Positions 49,759 to 59,386 of a DNA stretch of 64,000 bases are shown piece after piece. The stretch is taken from IMG/VR virus record IMGVR_UViG_3300025848_000001, positions 55,838 to 119,837 of that record; one strand, given 5' to 3'. The notes below the pieces were generated by a model that was not told where the DNA came from, searched no databases, and saw only the letters and a list, made by a program, of their open reading frames with translations. This DNA is from a virus. Lineage: Duplodnaviria > Caudoviricetes. A program made the position numbers and the translations under genes. Within the stretch, counting starts at the first letter, position 1. Every line of letters starts with the position of its first letter.

Positions 49759-50713
49759 TTTTCTCCAATTCATTTAAAAAATTTTCACATACATGAACAT
49801 GTTTATGAATGCCCCAATGAGCAAAAAATTTTAAACTTTCTCTATCATCAGCTACATCAAAATCTTTTCCAAATTTATTTCTTAAATCTTCATGACAATT
49901 TATTGTTTCGCACATATTAAATAAACTTTCTTTACTATAATTAATTTTACAATTATCATCAATGAAATCTTTACACAGAACATCTTCCCAATTTTTTGAA
50001 ACATGCCATTGGTTAAAATTCATATTAATATAATTTTTAAATCTTATATTATTTATATTTTTATTAAGCCATTTTTCTTCTTCAGTACTCCAAGTCGACC
50101 ACAATAATTTTATATTATTAGTTTTACAATAAATTTCTAACATTTTAATAAATTGAATACTAATACTAAAAGTAGTTTCAACTGGAAAAATTTCTTGTAC
50201 ATCTAATGGGGCTTTAAAATAATTATTGTCAAAATCAAATTTTCCAACGTATGGATTTAAATCAATTATTGCTTCAACAATTTCATAATCATTTTTTTCT
50301 ATACCCTGTTGTTTGTATTTCATTTTATTTTTTAAATATTGAATTTGCATTCTACTAAAATTTGGAAAAAGCGCTAATACAATTTTAGGATTTCCAACCC
50401 TTTCAACGTAAGAAAAAAATGTACTTACCGACCACATTACAGACTGCCCTGGCCCACTAATATTTGCACAACTAATTTTTAATTTTTCTGAAACTAAATA
50501 TGGCCAATTAGTGCCCCTTGGAACCCCTTGTCCATATGTTAAAGAACATCCAAGAGTTATCAAATCGACATTTTTAATTTCATTTTTATCCAGCCAAAAT
50601 CCTGTTATATCTTTTACATTATCTCCTTTTGCAAAAAGGCTTCTTCCAATTTCATTTATTGGATATCTTGAATGCCTCCACAAATCATTATTATACGTTT
50701 CTTCATTTTTCAT
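49736..50713 (-). CDS. SGNH-like protein (paralog 2)
   Basis: LGCSLTYGQG..W, FP..R, WSTW, HWGIHKH. Confidence 0.6.
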   Translation of the reverse strand: MKNEETYNNDLWRHSRYPINEIGRSLFAKGDNVKDITGFWLDKNEIKNVDLITLGCSLTYGQGVPRGTNWPYLVSEKLKISCANISGPGQSVMWSVSTFFSYVERVGNPKIVLALFPNFSRMQIQYLKNKMKYKQQGIEKNDYEIVEAIIDLNPYVGKFDFDNNYFKAPLDVQEIFPVETTFSISIQFIKMLEIYCKTNNIKLLWSTWSTEEEKWLNKNINNIRFKNYINMNFNQWHVSKNWEDVLCKDFIDDNCKINYSKESLFNMCETINCHEDLRNKFGKDFDVADDRESLKFFAHWGIHKHVHVCENFLNELEKNENNIGD

Positions 50714-51552
50714 ATTTTTTCTATAAAACTTTCTGCAACATGATCATGCCAATGAACGCCCATATGTATGCCATCCGAGCCTATATAATAAATATCTTCT
50801 CCCAATAATTTACTTTCGTGGTCTACGTAGCATAAATCTTCTGAATGCTTATGCTGATTAAAAACTTTATACTCTTTTGTTTTTGTATAATGAAACACTG
50901 GAGCGTGTTTTTCATATAAAAAATATTTTCTTTCAAGTTTATTACTTATACGTAAAAACTTTTTAGTTATATTTAAAGCATTATAATCCCAAGTAGACCA
51001 ATAAAAGTTTATATTTAATAATTTACAAATTGTTTGAATAGTATAAATTGATGAAAAAAATTGTTGTATTCCGTTTTCTGGAGCAATAGTGCTATGTGGG
51101 TTCGCTGGTAGCTTTAAATATTTTTCTTCTGGGCCATTTTTAATTAAATAAGAAGTTTTAGTTCTTGCCTCTATATCATTATAAAAATTTTTATAATAAA
51201 ATCTATCAACTACATGCTGGTATCTAAGAGGATCTGGAAAAGATGCAAAAACATATTTTGGAATACCAATGTTATCTATATATTCTAAAAAAATATCCAA
51301 ACAATCTTTTACCGAGTTCCCAGGGAATGCTAAATTAGACACTGAAAGTCCAGTTTTTTCTTCAATAGTTTTTGGCCAAATGAATTCTTTTGGTATTGCA
51401 ACCCCATATGTATTTGAACATCCTAAAGTAATTATTTTTGATAGTGGCTCAGACATTTTTCTTTGAAAAAAATTATCATCATTTTCATGTCTGTTTTTAT
51501 AATTAGTTTCTGATATATAATATAAAGAATTATTATCATCAAATACATTCAT
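50710..51552 (-). CDS. SGNH-like protein (paralog 3)
   Basis: LGCSNTYG..W, FP..R, WSTW, HMGVHWH. Confidence 0.6.
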   Translation of the reverse strand: MNVFDDNNSLYYISETNYKNRHENDDNFFQRKMSEPLSKIITLGCSNTYGVAIPKEFIWPKTIEEKTGLSVSNLAFPGNSVKDCLDIFLEYIDNIGIPKYVFASFPDPLRYQHVVDRFYYKNFYNDIEARTKTSYLIKNGPEEKYLKLPANPHSTIAPENGIQQFFSSIYTIQTICKLLNINFYWSTWDYNALNITKKFLRISNKLERKYFLYEKHAPVFHYTKTKEYKVFNQHKHSEDLCYVDHESKLLGEDIYYIGSDGIHMGVHWHDHVAESFIEKI

Positions 51553-51634
51553 GATTAATATATAAACCCATCTCTCTTTTTTTTCTTTTTAAAAATTTTT
51601 ATAAATTTATAAAAGTAATATAGTACTTTAATTT

Positions 51635-51940
51635 TCATTCTATTTCCTCCAGTGGAATTATTCCTTTTTCAACTGCAATATCATAGCCTTCTTTTGTGAA
51701 ATGCATTGTTGCCTGTAGATTTTCATCGTATTCCACATTCATTAAACCTTCTTCAAATAACTGTGTGAGGTTGCTATCCACGTATTCCATATGTGCTTCC
51801 CATAATTCTGGCGCTAATTTTTTTGTAACTGTTTCATTTAACTCAAATACAGGTTCTCCCTGTTCATTATATCCAGCTAGCCTAATTGCTCCAATATCAA
51901 TATAATACTGCATTTGTCTTAATGCTTCTTCGTCATCCAT
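51635..51940 (-). CDS. hypothetical acidic protein
   Basis: AGGAG RBS. Confidence 0.6.
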   Translation of the reverse strand: MDDEEALRQMQYYIDIGAIRLAGYNEQGEPVFELNETVTKKLAPELWEAHMEYVDSNLTQLFEEGLMNVEYDENLQATMHFTKEGYDIAVEKGIIPLEEIE

Positions 51941-51951
51941 GTTTTCTCCTT

Positions 51952-52028
51952 TGGTGCACCAGGTAGGACTTGAACCTACGACTACCCGATTATGAGTCGG
52001 GGGCTCTAACCAACTAAGCTACTGGTGC
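51952..52028 (-). tRNA. tRNA with CAU anticodon (elongator Met or lysidine-Ile2), encoded CCA
   Basis: CCCGA-CTCATAA-TCGGG; ends ACCA. Confidence 0.85.
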
Positions 52029-52037
52029 CTAGTTGAA

Positions 52038-52286
52038 TTATATATTTTCTAATTCTTTTTTGTCAATAGATTGTTCAACTATTTGCTGAACATATTCAGA
52101 AAAATGTTTTCTTATATTTCCTGGTGGTCTTTTACCAGTTTCATTCCATATTCTTTTATATTCAAATATATTATCAAATGTGGTTGGGCACACTTTTATA
52201 CCATTAAATTCTTTTAATCTAACTGGAAGAGGTACATGTTTTCCACAACATTTACACTCTTTAGCTTTATCTTGATATATACTCAT
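52038..52286 (-). CDS. hypothetical Cys-containing protein
   Basis: CKCCG...CP. Confidence 0.55.
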   Translation of the reverse strand: MSIYQDKAKECKCCGKHVPLPVRLKEFNGIKVCPTTFDNIFEYKRIWNETGKRPPGNIRKHFSEYVQQIVEQSIDKKELENI

Positions 52287-54073
52287 AATATTTCCATTCC
52301 ATCTAGTGCTTCCGCCAACTTTCTTGGTAATGGAGCACGAATAATATTTCTATTGTCTTCAAATACAGGTTCATTTATTCTATCTCTTGACTTTAATGAA
52401 GAATAGGTATGTATTTCAACATTACCAAAATCTGGCCTAGTCAAACTAATTGCATTAAATATAGCCCCACATACAGCATCTGCTAAATCTTTTGATCCTT
52501 TTCTTGGGTGATCAACTTTATCTTTTATAATTCTTAATTCAAGCAATTCATCAATTAATAATTTAATGTGTGGACCACTTAATCTTTCTTCTAAAACAAC
52601 CATTGCCATATCGTCATAATGTTTTTTAGCCACAGATAGAGTTTCTGTATTTATTCCATATTGCCTTAATTGTTGCATCATGTCATGAGAATTCCATCTA
52701 TCAAATGTACATATTCTAATTTTAAAACCACGAGATCTTAAAGCAAGAATATAATCTCTAACTTCTGTAAAATCTACAGATTTATCTGATGTTGGTGTCC
52801 AATATCTTACTGCGTCTACCTCAACTATCGGGGCAGGTTGAGAATAATTATCTGTAACTTTTACATTAACCCATTTGTTAATGTGTGCCATTGCAACAGC
52901 ACAATGGTCATGCTTTTGAGCTAAGTCTACGTGTATAAAATAATCTTTATCTTCTTGGGGCAAAAACCATTCTTCAAATCTACCAAAATTATCTACTGCT
53001 AAAGAAAGACTACTGAATGCTTTTTCTACTTTTTCTCTTGATTTAAAAAAAGCATCTATCGCTTCTGGAGGCATACATGCAAATCTACCAAGGGCATCTA
53101 CTGGATCTCTATAAAATGGTACTTTAAAATCATCAATACTTCTAGTTGGGTTTACTTCCCACGTAGGTCTTTTCAATGCATATATTTTAGGGAGCTTATA
53201 AGAAATTATATGATCTTCATCCCAAGAAACTTCAAACTGATTTCCTGGAGTATTTTCAGGTAAATCTGGATCTATATTAAATATATGAGTTCTAACTATA
53301 GTTTCTTTTTCTGCAACAACTTCAGAATACCTTTGTTGAATATAATCATTTTTAAATCTTGGGAATGAAAGTAAAATAACTTTACCATAATCTGGAAAAC
53401 GAGAATCTACTGATCCACGATACATTTCATAAATAGCACTAGCTGTTTTAGCTTGATCATGACCACTTGTACTTTCAAGAGCAAAACCAGAAATCTCATC
53501 CAAAACTGCGACCAAGACGTTATAGCCCTCAAAAGCTTCTCTTTCTGAATGGCCTGAATATACTGTTACATTTTTATTAAATTTAATTTCAGAAGCTTTT
53601 GCTTCATATTTTCCAATAAACCAAGGGCTTCTTTCAATTCTAGTTTTAAACCCTTTAAAGAAAACATTATTAGCTTGTTGTGCGTTAATAGCAATATTAA
53701 TGATGTCTATGGTGTCGCCAGGGGGTTTTCCATAGTAGGTTGCTGGATCTTTAAGAGACAATAGTAAATAAACTATATAGGCTACTGATATTGTTGAGCA
53801 ATAGTCTTTCCCGCTACCCTTACCTAATTGTGCTATTACCTCGTTACAAGTTTGCCTATATCTATTTTTTCCCTCTGTATCCCCAAAAAGTTTAATTAAG
53901 GTAGACTCTTTATAGATTTGGCTACTCTTCTCAATGAGTGTATACTGGTACTCCGAAAGCGGAGGTAGGCCGAGATAGTCTGGGCTTGTAACAAATGTTC
54001 GTAAATCGACTGGTCTTTCATCAAACTCTTCTCCGTCTAATATATCTATTAAATCATTAAAATTTAATTCCAT
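52283..54073 (-). CDS. terL: terminase large subunit
   Basis: GKGSGKD Walker A, VLDE Walker B, HVDLA nuclease, TFDRW, DH...SKDLADA. Confidence 0.88.
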   Translation of the reverse strand: MELNFNDLIDILDGEEFDERPVDLRTFVTSPDYLGLPPLSEYQYTLIEKSSQIYKESTLIKLFGDTEGKNRYRQTCNEVIAQLGKGSGKDYCSTISVAYIVYLLLSLKDPATYYGKPPGDTIDIINIAINAQQANNVFFKGFKTRIERSPWFIGKYEAKASEIKFNKNVTVYSGHSEREAFEGYNVLVAVLDEISGFALESTSGHDQAKTASAIYEMYRGSVDSRFPDYGKVILLSFPRFKNDYIQQRYSEVVAEKETIVRTHIFNIDPDLPENTPGNQFEVSWDEDHIISYKLPKIYALKRPTWEVNPTRSIDDFKVPFYRDPVDALGRFACMPPEAIDAFFKSREKVEKAFSSLSLAVDNFGRFEEWFLPQEDKDYFIHVDLAQKHDHCAVAMAHINKWVNVKVTDNYSQPAPIVEVDAVRYWTPTSDKSVDFTEVRDYILALRSRGFKIRICTFDRWNSHDMMQQLRQYGINTETLSVAKKHYDDMAMVVLEERLSGPHIKLLIDELLELRIIKDKVDHPRKGSKDLADAVCGAIFNAISLTRPDFGNVEIHTYSSLKSRDRINEPVFEDNRNIIRAPLPRKLAEALDGMEIL

Positions 54074-54079
54074 TTTTTA

Positions 54080-54805
54080 TTACCTTGGAATTTCTTTCCA
54101 TATTCCGTTTTCAAAAATAAAACATTGACCATTTGAAGGCTTAAACCATGTTTCTTTATTAAGAACATTTTTAGGCTCTATTTCTGAAACATAATTTGCT
54201 TTGCCAACCCCAGGATATGGGACATAACCACTTTTTATTTTAACAAAATTATAAATATTATTTGAGTATGAATATCTAACATCGCTTAATACTTTTTTAA
54301 CACCATGAGTACAAATTTCTTTTGCTGAATGTATAACAAAATCTCCAATGCTTGGCTTATAAATAATATTTTGATTAACATATTCTAATTCTCCGCCTTC
54401 AAAATTATTAAGATAAATGACCATTCCATAATGCGTATTTTCTCTTAAATCATATGGCTCCCCATCAACATATTCTAAGGCCTGTTTCTCCAAAGAATCG
54501 TATTCAACATTATCTGCATGTGGAGACATAAAAGAATTTTTTATCATTTTTAATGCACGTGAGCCATGTTGTATATTAAAACCATTTTCTAAATTTATGG
54601 ACTCTATAATTTTTTCATAAATTGGTTCAAAGTTGACAGTCCCAGGTTTTGAAAAATATCTACCCGATTCTCCTATTAGATCCCAATTACTGTCTTCTAT
54701 TTTTTCAATTGAATTTACTAAATCTTCACAAAATTCTTTACTTAAAAAATTTTTATAAACATATATTTCCTCACCAATTTTTTCAAAAATATTTTTATTG
54801 AACAT
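54080..54805 (-). CDS. 2OG-Fe(II) oxygenase
   Basis: HAD, YLNNFEGGE, HGV..V...RY. Confidence 0.85.
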   Translation of the reverse strand: MFNKNIFEKIGEEIYVYKNFLSKEFCEDLVNSIEKIEDSNWDLIGESGRYFSKPGTVNFEPIYEKIIESINLENGFNIQHGSRALKMIKNSFMSPHADNVEYDSLEKQALEYVDGEPYDLRENTHYGMVIYLNNFEGGELEYVNQNIIYKPSIGDFVIHSAKEICTHGVKKVLSDVRYSYSNNIYNFVKIKSGYVPYPGVGKANYVSEIEPKNVLNKETWFKPSNGQCFIFENGIWKEIPR

Positions 54806-55340
54806 TTGTTATTACCTCATTATCTTCTATGTTAATTGGTTCTATAATGCCAGTTATTTGTGAAAGTCTTTTTGCTACCTCTAATTTACATTTTGGACAA
54901 GTAGCTGTAACTTCTTTTAAAATTTTAACAAGAATATCTTGTTTTCTTTCTGTATCAGCAATTTGTGTTGCTAGTTCAGCATTATCTAATAGACCTACCT
55001 CTTGTAGCATACCAATTCTTTTACCTTCAATGTCTGCAATTAATTTTAAAGAAGTTGCTTTTACATTTAATTGACCTGATTGATCTGCATCCTCTACCGT
55101 TTTCCAAGCCTCTTTTATAAGCATTGCATAGTGCTGGTCTGCGCCAGATATAGCTTCCTTTGCCCTCTCACGGGCTCCAGAATCGCTTCTAACGACTTCT
55201 TTCCATTCGTCTATATAGCCTATAACCTCTGACCTTTTAAACCCTGTTAAGGTGGCGATTTGGGTAGGGTTATTACCCTTTAATAATTCTTCTACAACCC
55301 TATTCATACGATCAAAATGATCAGCTAATTCAATTTCCAT
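54795..55340 (-). CDS. HTH protein, probable terminase small subunit
   Basis: N-terminal HTH (NPTQIATLTG), helical core, position upstream of terL. Confidence 0.55.
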   Translation of the reverse strand: MEIELADHFDRMNRVVEELLKGNNPTQIATLTGFKRSEVIGYIDEWKEVVRSDSGARERAKEAISGADQHYAMLIKEAWKTVEDADQSGQLNVKATSLKLIADIEGKRIGMLQEVGLLDNAELATQIADTERKQDILVKILKEVTATCPKCKLEVAKRLSQITGIIEPINIEDNEVITNVQ

Positions 55341-55369
55341 ATAAATTTATTATACCATATCTTAGTTGA

Positions 55370-55699
55370 CTAGGATTGAGATTTAGCTATTTTTAACAAT
55401 ACTAAATATCCAATTAAATCATCAATATCATTATCTCCTGGATAATCAGTACCTTTCATTAATCTATTTAATTTATCATCAATTCTGACATGGAGTTGCT
55501 CTCTTGGTCCCGCCTTTGAAAATATACGCACAGGATCTAGGGCTGAATTGCCGTAGGCAATATTCTTTTTTACCAGCATGTGTGCAATTTCATGACAAGT
55601 TTCTAATATTTCTTTACCTGCTTCAGTTCCAACTGTTAATAAATATAAATCATCACATTGAAATTGACCTGAATCTGGAAATACTGGCTGAAGACTCAT
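55370..55699 (-). CDS. DUF1599-like nucleotide-modification-associated protein
   Basis: KN.AYG.S, RIDDKLNRL, DLIGY. Confidence 0.7.
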   Translation of the reverse strand: MSLQPVFPDSGQFQCDDLYLLTVGTEAGKEILETCHEIAHMLVKKNIAYGNSALDPVRIFSKAGPREQLHVRIDDKLNRLMKGTDYPGDNDIDDLIGYLVLLKIAKSQS

Positions 55700-55836
55700 T
55701 TAACTAACCCGTTCTCTTTTAATGCTCTATATATGGTCATAACAGTTACGCCACATTCTTTTGCTATATCCTCCATAGTTTTCTTTTGAACTATGTACCT
55801 ACGATATAGCCAATCTTTACTTTTATATAACTTCAT
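55696..55836 (-). CDS. 46-aa HTH protein
   Basis: MKLYKSKDWL...MEDIAKECGVTVMTIYRAL (hand-translated). Confidence 0.65.
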   Translation of the reverse strand: MKLYKSKDWLYRRYIVQKKTMEDIAKECGVTVMTIYRALKENGLVK

Positions 55837-56036
55837 TTTCTGCCCCACTGTATCTTGTCCCAAATGCGTTCATGCCAATAATAAACACCTACTTTTAATA
55901 CAGTTTCCCAAAAAGCAATAGCAGTTGCCAATATAGCTTCACCTGTAATTATATATACTACAATAAAAGACGTTAAGGTTCCAAAAACCCTGTAGCTCCA
56001 TGCTTTAGCAAAAGACCTACTTTTCGTTACTCTCAT
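55833..56036 (-). CDS. DUF2061 membrane protein
   Basis: RSFAKAWSYR, YYWHERIW. Confidence 0.8.
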   Translation of the reverse strand: MRVTKSRSFAKAWSYRVFGTLTSFIVVYIITGEAILATAIAFWETVLKVGVYYWHERIWDKIQWGRK

Positions 56037-56086
56037 CTTGTATTTCTCCTAAATATAGTCTTGCTTCTGCATCTGCAATTTTATTT

Positions 56087-56848
56087 TCAAATACCCAATT
56101 CTTTACGCTTTTGAGTAGCACTAATATTTTCAATTTCTTCTCCTAACTTGACCTGTTCAATCTTATATCCAACATCTCTACCATAAACAATATTGGTAAT
56201 ATTAGGTAATCTTAATACCATTGCTCCGTCCATAAATTCATCTTTTGCAATATATTCTTTTACCTGATCAAATGTGAGAGGATCTTTTGGACTTGTATTA
56301 TATGTATTTCTAACACCTAAAAGTACTTGATCTGTTCTCTTTCCAGCCTCGATATACAAAGCATGATGACCTTCATGCCATGGCTGATATCTACCAAGCA
56401 TTAATGTTGTGGGTTCTGACCAGTCATGCAATTTAAAAATCTTACATATATCTTTTGCTCTTGCGCCTACATCATCTACAAAATCAATATATGAAATATT
56501 AAAATCTTCTGGGTCTTGCCACAATTTATTTGTATCTTCAAATCTTCCTTCTGGGATAGTATTCATCCAAATCAAAACATCTGGTTTACCAAAAGCTGAT
56601 CTTGTTGCATTTGTTGGACATACAAAGTCAACAATCACTGGCGCAACATTTTGTTTAGCAATTAGCCTTGCCATTTCTCCCATACGACGTGCCTGTTCAA
56701 TTCTATCATCAGGGCTAAATCCTAAATCTGAATTAACAGTTGATCTAACCTCATCTGCATTTAAATGGATTGCATTAATTCTTTCCTTTAAAGCTTTTGC
56801 TAGCTCTGTCTTCCCAGAACCAGGAAGTCCTATAATCTGTATAATCAT
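56087..56848 (-). CDS. cysC: adenylylsulfate-kinase-like domain fused to HxGH nucleotidyltransferase
   Basis: GLPGSGKT, NAD.VR, DLGFS.DDR..Q, DFVCP; C-domain GRYQPWHEGH, YGRDVGY, ISAT. Confidence 0.8.
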   Translation of the reverse strand: MIIQIIGLPGSGKTELAKALKERINAIHLNADEVRSTVNSDLGFSPDDRIEQARRMGEMARLIAKQNVAPVIVDFVCPTNATRSAFGKPDVLIWMNTIPEGRFEDTNKLWQDPEDFNISYIDFVDDVGARAKDICKIFKLHDWSEPTTLMLGRYQPWHEGHHALYIEAGKRTDQVLLGVRNTYNTSPKDPLTFDQVKEYIAKDEFMDGAMVLRLPNITNIVYGRDVGYKIEQVKLGEEIENISATQKRKELGI

Positions 56849-57411
56849 CTTTTAGTCAACACTTCATTAGCATAATAAGCAATTCCGAATGAATCTGCTA
56901 CGTCAAAATCTTCTAAACTTAAATTATATTTTTTGTTAAAATAATCCACTGTTCTCTTTTTTCTAATTTCTCGCATTTTATTCTTATACCAAGAATCTGC
57001 GTATCCAGGATTTTCTGATTTTAATTTTTCTTTTTCAAATTTCGTTGGGTTCTTATTTCCGATATGAGCCTGCCAAGAACTAGGGGATACAGTAATAACG
57101 GAAGAGCCAGTAGACATAAGTTCAGCAATAACAACACCGTAGACATAAGATAATTTTATCACAGCATCAGCAGATTTGACAAGTATTGCTCCCTCAATTG
57201 CAATATAATCTGATTTTAATTCATCTATCATTGCAAAGGTTTTGCATTTAGCATCATATATTTTTTCATATATGTCGTTTCCCGTCAAATTAATTTTACC
57301 CCATTTAACTGGTTTATTATTTTCAAGCAGGCAAAATGCAATAGAATTTGTAGATGCATCTATTCCCAATACCCTATTTGCTTTAGTTTTAATCAGGCTG
57401 GCTAATGTCAT
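56845..57411 (-). CDS. ruvC: RuvC-like Holliday junction resolvase
   Basis: LGIDAS, IAIE, DVADS.GIA. Confidence 0.78.
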   Translation of the reverse strand: MTLASLIKTKANRVLGIDASTNSIAFCLLENNKPVKWGKINLTGNDIYEKIYDAKCKTFAMIDELKSDYIAIEGAILVKSADAVIKLSYVYGVVIAELMSTGSSVITVSPSSWQAHIGNKNPTKFEKEKLKSENPGYADSWYKNKMREIRKKRTVDYFNKKYNLSLEDFDVADSFGIAYYANEVLTKR

Positions 57412-57676
57412 TTAACATCCTCCTGATCTTATTCCTATGCTTTGAAATATTATTTTTTTCACATTTAGAACAAACTAAAGACTGATTATATCTACTTAAA
57501 TTAGATTTACAGTATTTACACTCTCTTTTTGCTCCAGATCTGATTGCTTTTTTTTCATAATACTTTTCCATAATTTTTTTATTTGTTGCAATTCTGCAAC
57601 ATTCATCATTATGATATTTTTGATTATGAGTTTTTGGCTCAAACTCTATAGCACAATCTTTATTACCGCATATCAT
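57389..57676 (-). CDS. Cys-rich Zn-binding protein
   Basis: multiple CxxC/CxxxxC. Confidence 0.55.
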   Translation of the reverse strand: MICGNKDCAIEFEPKTHNQKYHNDECCRIATNKKIMEKYYEKKAIRSGAKRECKYCKSNLSRYNQSLVCSKCEKNNISKHRNKIRRMLNDISQPD

Positions 57677-58449
57677 ATTTTAATTGGCTCATACGGAACT
57701 ATTTCTATTAGTCCCTCTTCCATAGACCAGCATTCTTTTTTAACTGGGCAATTCTTGCATTGTGAAGCAGATTTTTTATATGGACGTAATGGCAAATCTC
57801 CATCATTAAAATTATCATATACAGAACATAGCCATTCAAATAATTCTGTAATTATCTTTGTATTTCTTTCATTCATTTGAACAGGAATAATTAATACCTG
57901 TTGCGTATTTTTATTTTCATATAAGAAAAATCCTTCTTTAACATTACGCAATTTCATATATGTTAATATTTGTAGCAAATGGTTAGGAGCTGGACTCATC
58001 TTACCTTGATAAGTATCCCAACTTTCTTGCTTTGCCGTTTTAATTTCTCCAATAACCTCTTCATTATTCCAATCAAGAATCACATCTATAAAACCACGTA
58101 TTGGTGGATATTCATTAATAATTTCATATTCTTCATGCTTCATGACGCCCATCTTTGTAATCATTTTTTGTATTCTTTCATGAGCCTGTGTACCCTGTGA
58201 CATATTTGCAATTGCAATAGAATCATTTTCATCTATAAACATTGCTCCAGAAAACGCTAAATACCAATACCTAGGGCAATTACCATGTCCATAACCTAAA
58301 GAGCTTGGACTAAAACTAGTTTTTGTTGTTTTTTGATTTGGCTTTTTTGTTGATAGATATGCCTCATTTAACATTTTAGAAAATGAAGATGGATCAAAAT
58401 TACCTGTAGTTTTTTTAAATTTTAAATTGTTTACTATTTCTCTAGCCAT
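57673..58449 (-). CDS. Cas4-like PD-(D/E)XK exonuclease
   Basis: CPR, GT..H, GFID, EIKT, QxxxY, C..C.....C Fe-S pattern. Confidence 0.82.
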   Translation of the reverse strand: MAREIVNNLKFKKTTGNFDPSSFSKMLNEAYLSTKKPNQKTTKTSFSPSSLGYGHGNCPRYWYLAFSGAMFIDENDSIAIANMSQGTQAHERIQKMITKMGVMKHEEYEIINEYPPIRGFIDVILDWNNEEVIGEIKTAKQESWDTYQGKMSPAPNHLLQILTYMKLRNVKEGFFLYENKNTQQVLIIPVQMNERNTKIITELFEWLCSVYDNFNDGDLPLRPYKKSASQCKNCPVKKECWSMEEGLIEIVPYEPIKI

Positions 58450-58777
58450 TATATCTTACGACATACTTGAGTGCATCCACAAGTTTATCTATTGACTCCT
58501 TTGCTGAATAATATATATTTTTTTTATTGTTATTTGCAGTGCCCGCTTTATCTTTTGCAATTGTAGAATACACCGCAGCCATCATAGAGAATTTTGTAGA
58601 CATTGCCTGCAACTCAATAATTAACTGCGGTGCTTTGGCAGCGGGAACATCTGGATTCATTAAAAGCTTAACAACAATTGATAAAGCTTTATCTAACTGT
58701 TCGTCTTTCATATACTCATGAAGATCATTAAATTCAGTTATTTTATTAATTAATTCCAAGGTGTTCACGTCTGACAT
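58442..58777 (-). CDS. hypothetical helical protein
   Basis: ORF in replication operon. Confidence 0.6.
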   Translation of the reverse strand: MSDVNTLELINKITEFNDLHEYMKDEQLDKALSIVVKLLMNPDVPAAKAPQLIIELQAMSTKFSMMAAVYSTIAKDKAGTANNNKKNIYYSAKESIDKLVDALKYVVRYNG

Positions 58778-58778
58778 A

Positions 58779-58940
58779 TTAACCTACAATAACCTTTGTA
58801 ACTAGTGCATACCCAATCCATAAACCAACAATGCCCATTAAGCCAGCAAATACTGGCGGTGCTGGTATAGGTAATTTAAATGCACTAAAAATTCCACCGA
58901 CTACTGCTCCTACTATAGTAGTTAAAAATATTTCTTTCAT
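58779..58940 (-). CDS. XapX/DUF1427-like small membrane protein
   Basis: G...G.IF...KLPIPAPP..AG..GI.G...G (hand-translated). Confidence 0.7.
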   Translation of the reverse strand: MKEIFLTTIVGAVVGGIFSAFKLPIPAPPVFAGLMGIVGLWIGYALVTKVIVG

Positions 58941-59335
58941 TAAAATGGAACCTCTACTTCATCAAAAGATCTATCTGAGGAACGATCTTTTTGTAAAGTA
59001 TAAGAAGTTACAGCTACGCAGTGTCCTTCCATTTGCTTATACACTTTTATCTCATGTTCACTTCTATTATTACCAGACTTGTCTACCCAAGTTGATTCAT
59101 ATATTGTTCCAGTAAGTGTTATCTCTTGACCCTTTTTTATAGTGTATCTTGCCTGATCGGCAAATTTACCCCAAAGCTTTACGGTCCACCAGGAAGTGGC
59201 AGAGTCTTCATACTTTCCTGTTTCTTCATTTTTTACTCTATCATGTGTTACCACACGCAGTCTAAGACCAGTATCTCCAATTGGAGATGGATCTTGACCA
59301 AGCCTACCTACTAATGTAATAGTTGGATTTGGCAT
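58940..59335 (-). CDS. ssb: single-stranded DNA-binding protein
   Basis: ITLVGRL..DP, W..V.LWG..A, acidic tail EVPF. Confidence 0.85.
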   Translation of the reverse strand: MPNPTITLVGRLGQDPSPIGDTGLRLRVVTHDRVKNEETGKYEDSATSWWTVKLWGKFADQARYTIKKGQEITLTGTIYESTWVDKSGNNRSEHEIKVYKQMEGHCVAVTSYTLQKDRSSDRSFDEVEVPF

Positions 59336-59386
59336 TACGTTCTCCTTTTTAAATAAAAAACAATAAATGTTTTATTGTTTTTAAAA

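Noticed and set aside
57673-58449. Cas4 as a sign of a CRISPR-Cas system
   Set aside because: No cas1/cas2 or array in the window; a solo Cas4-like nuclease in a recombination operon is common in phages.
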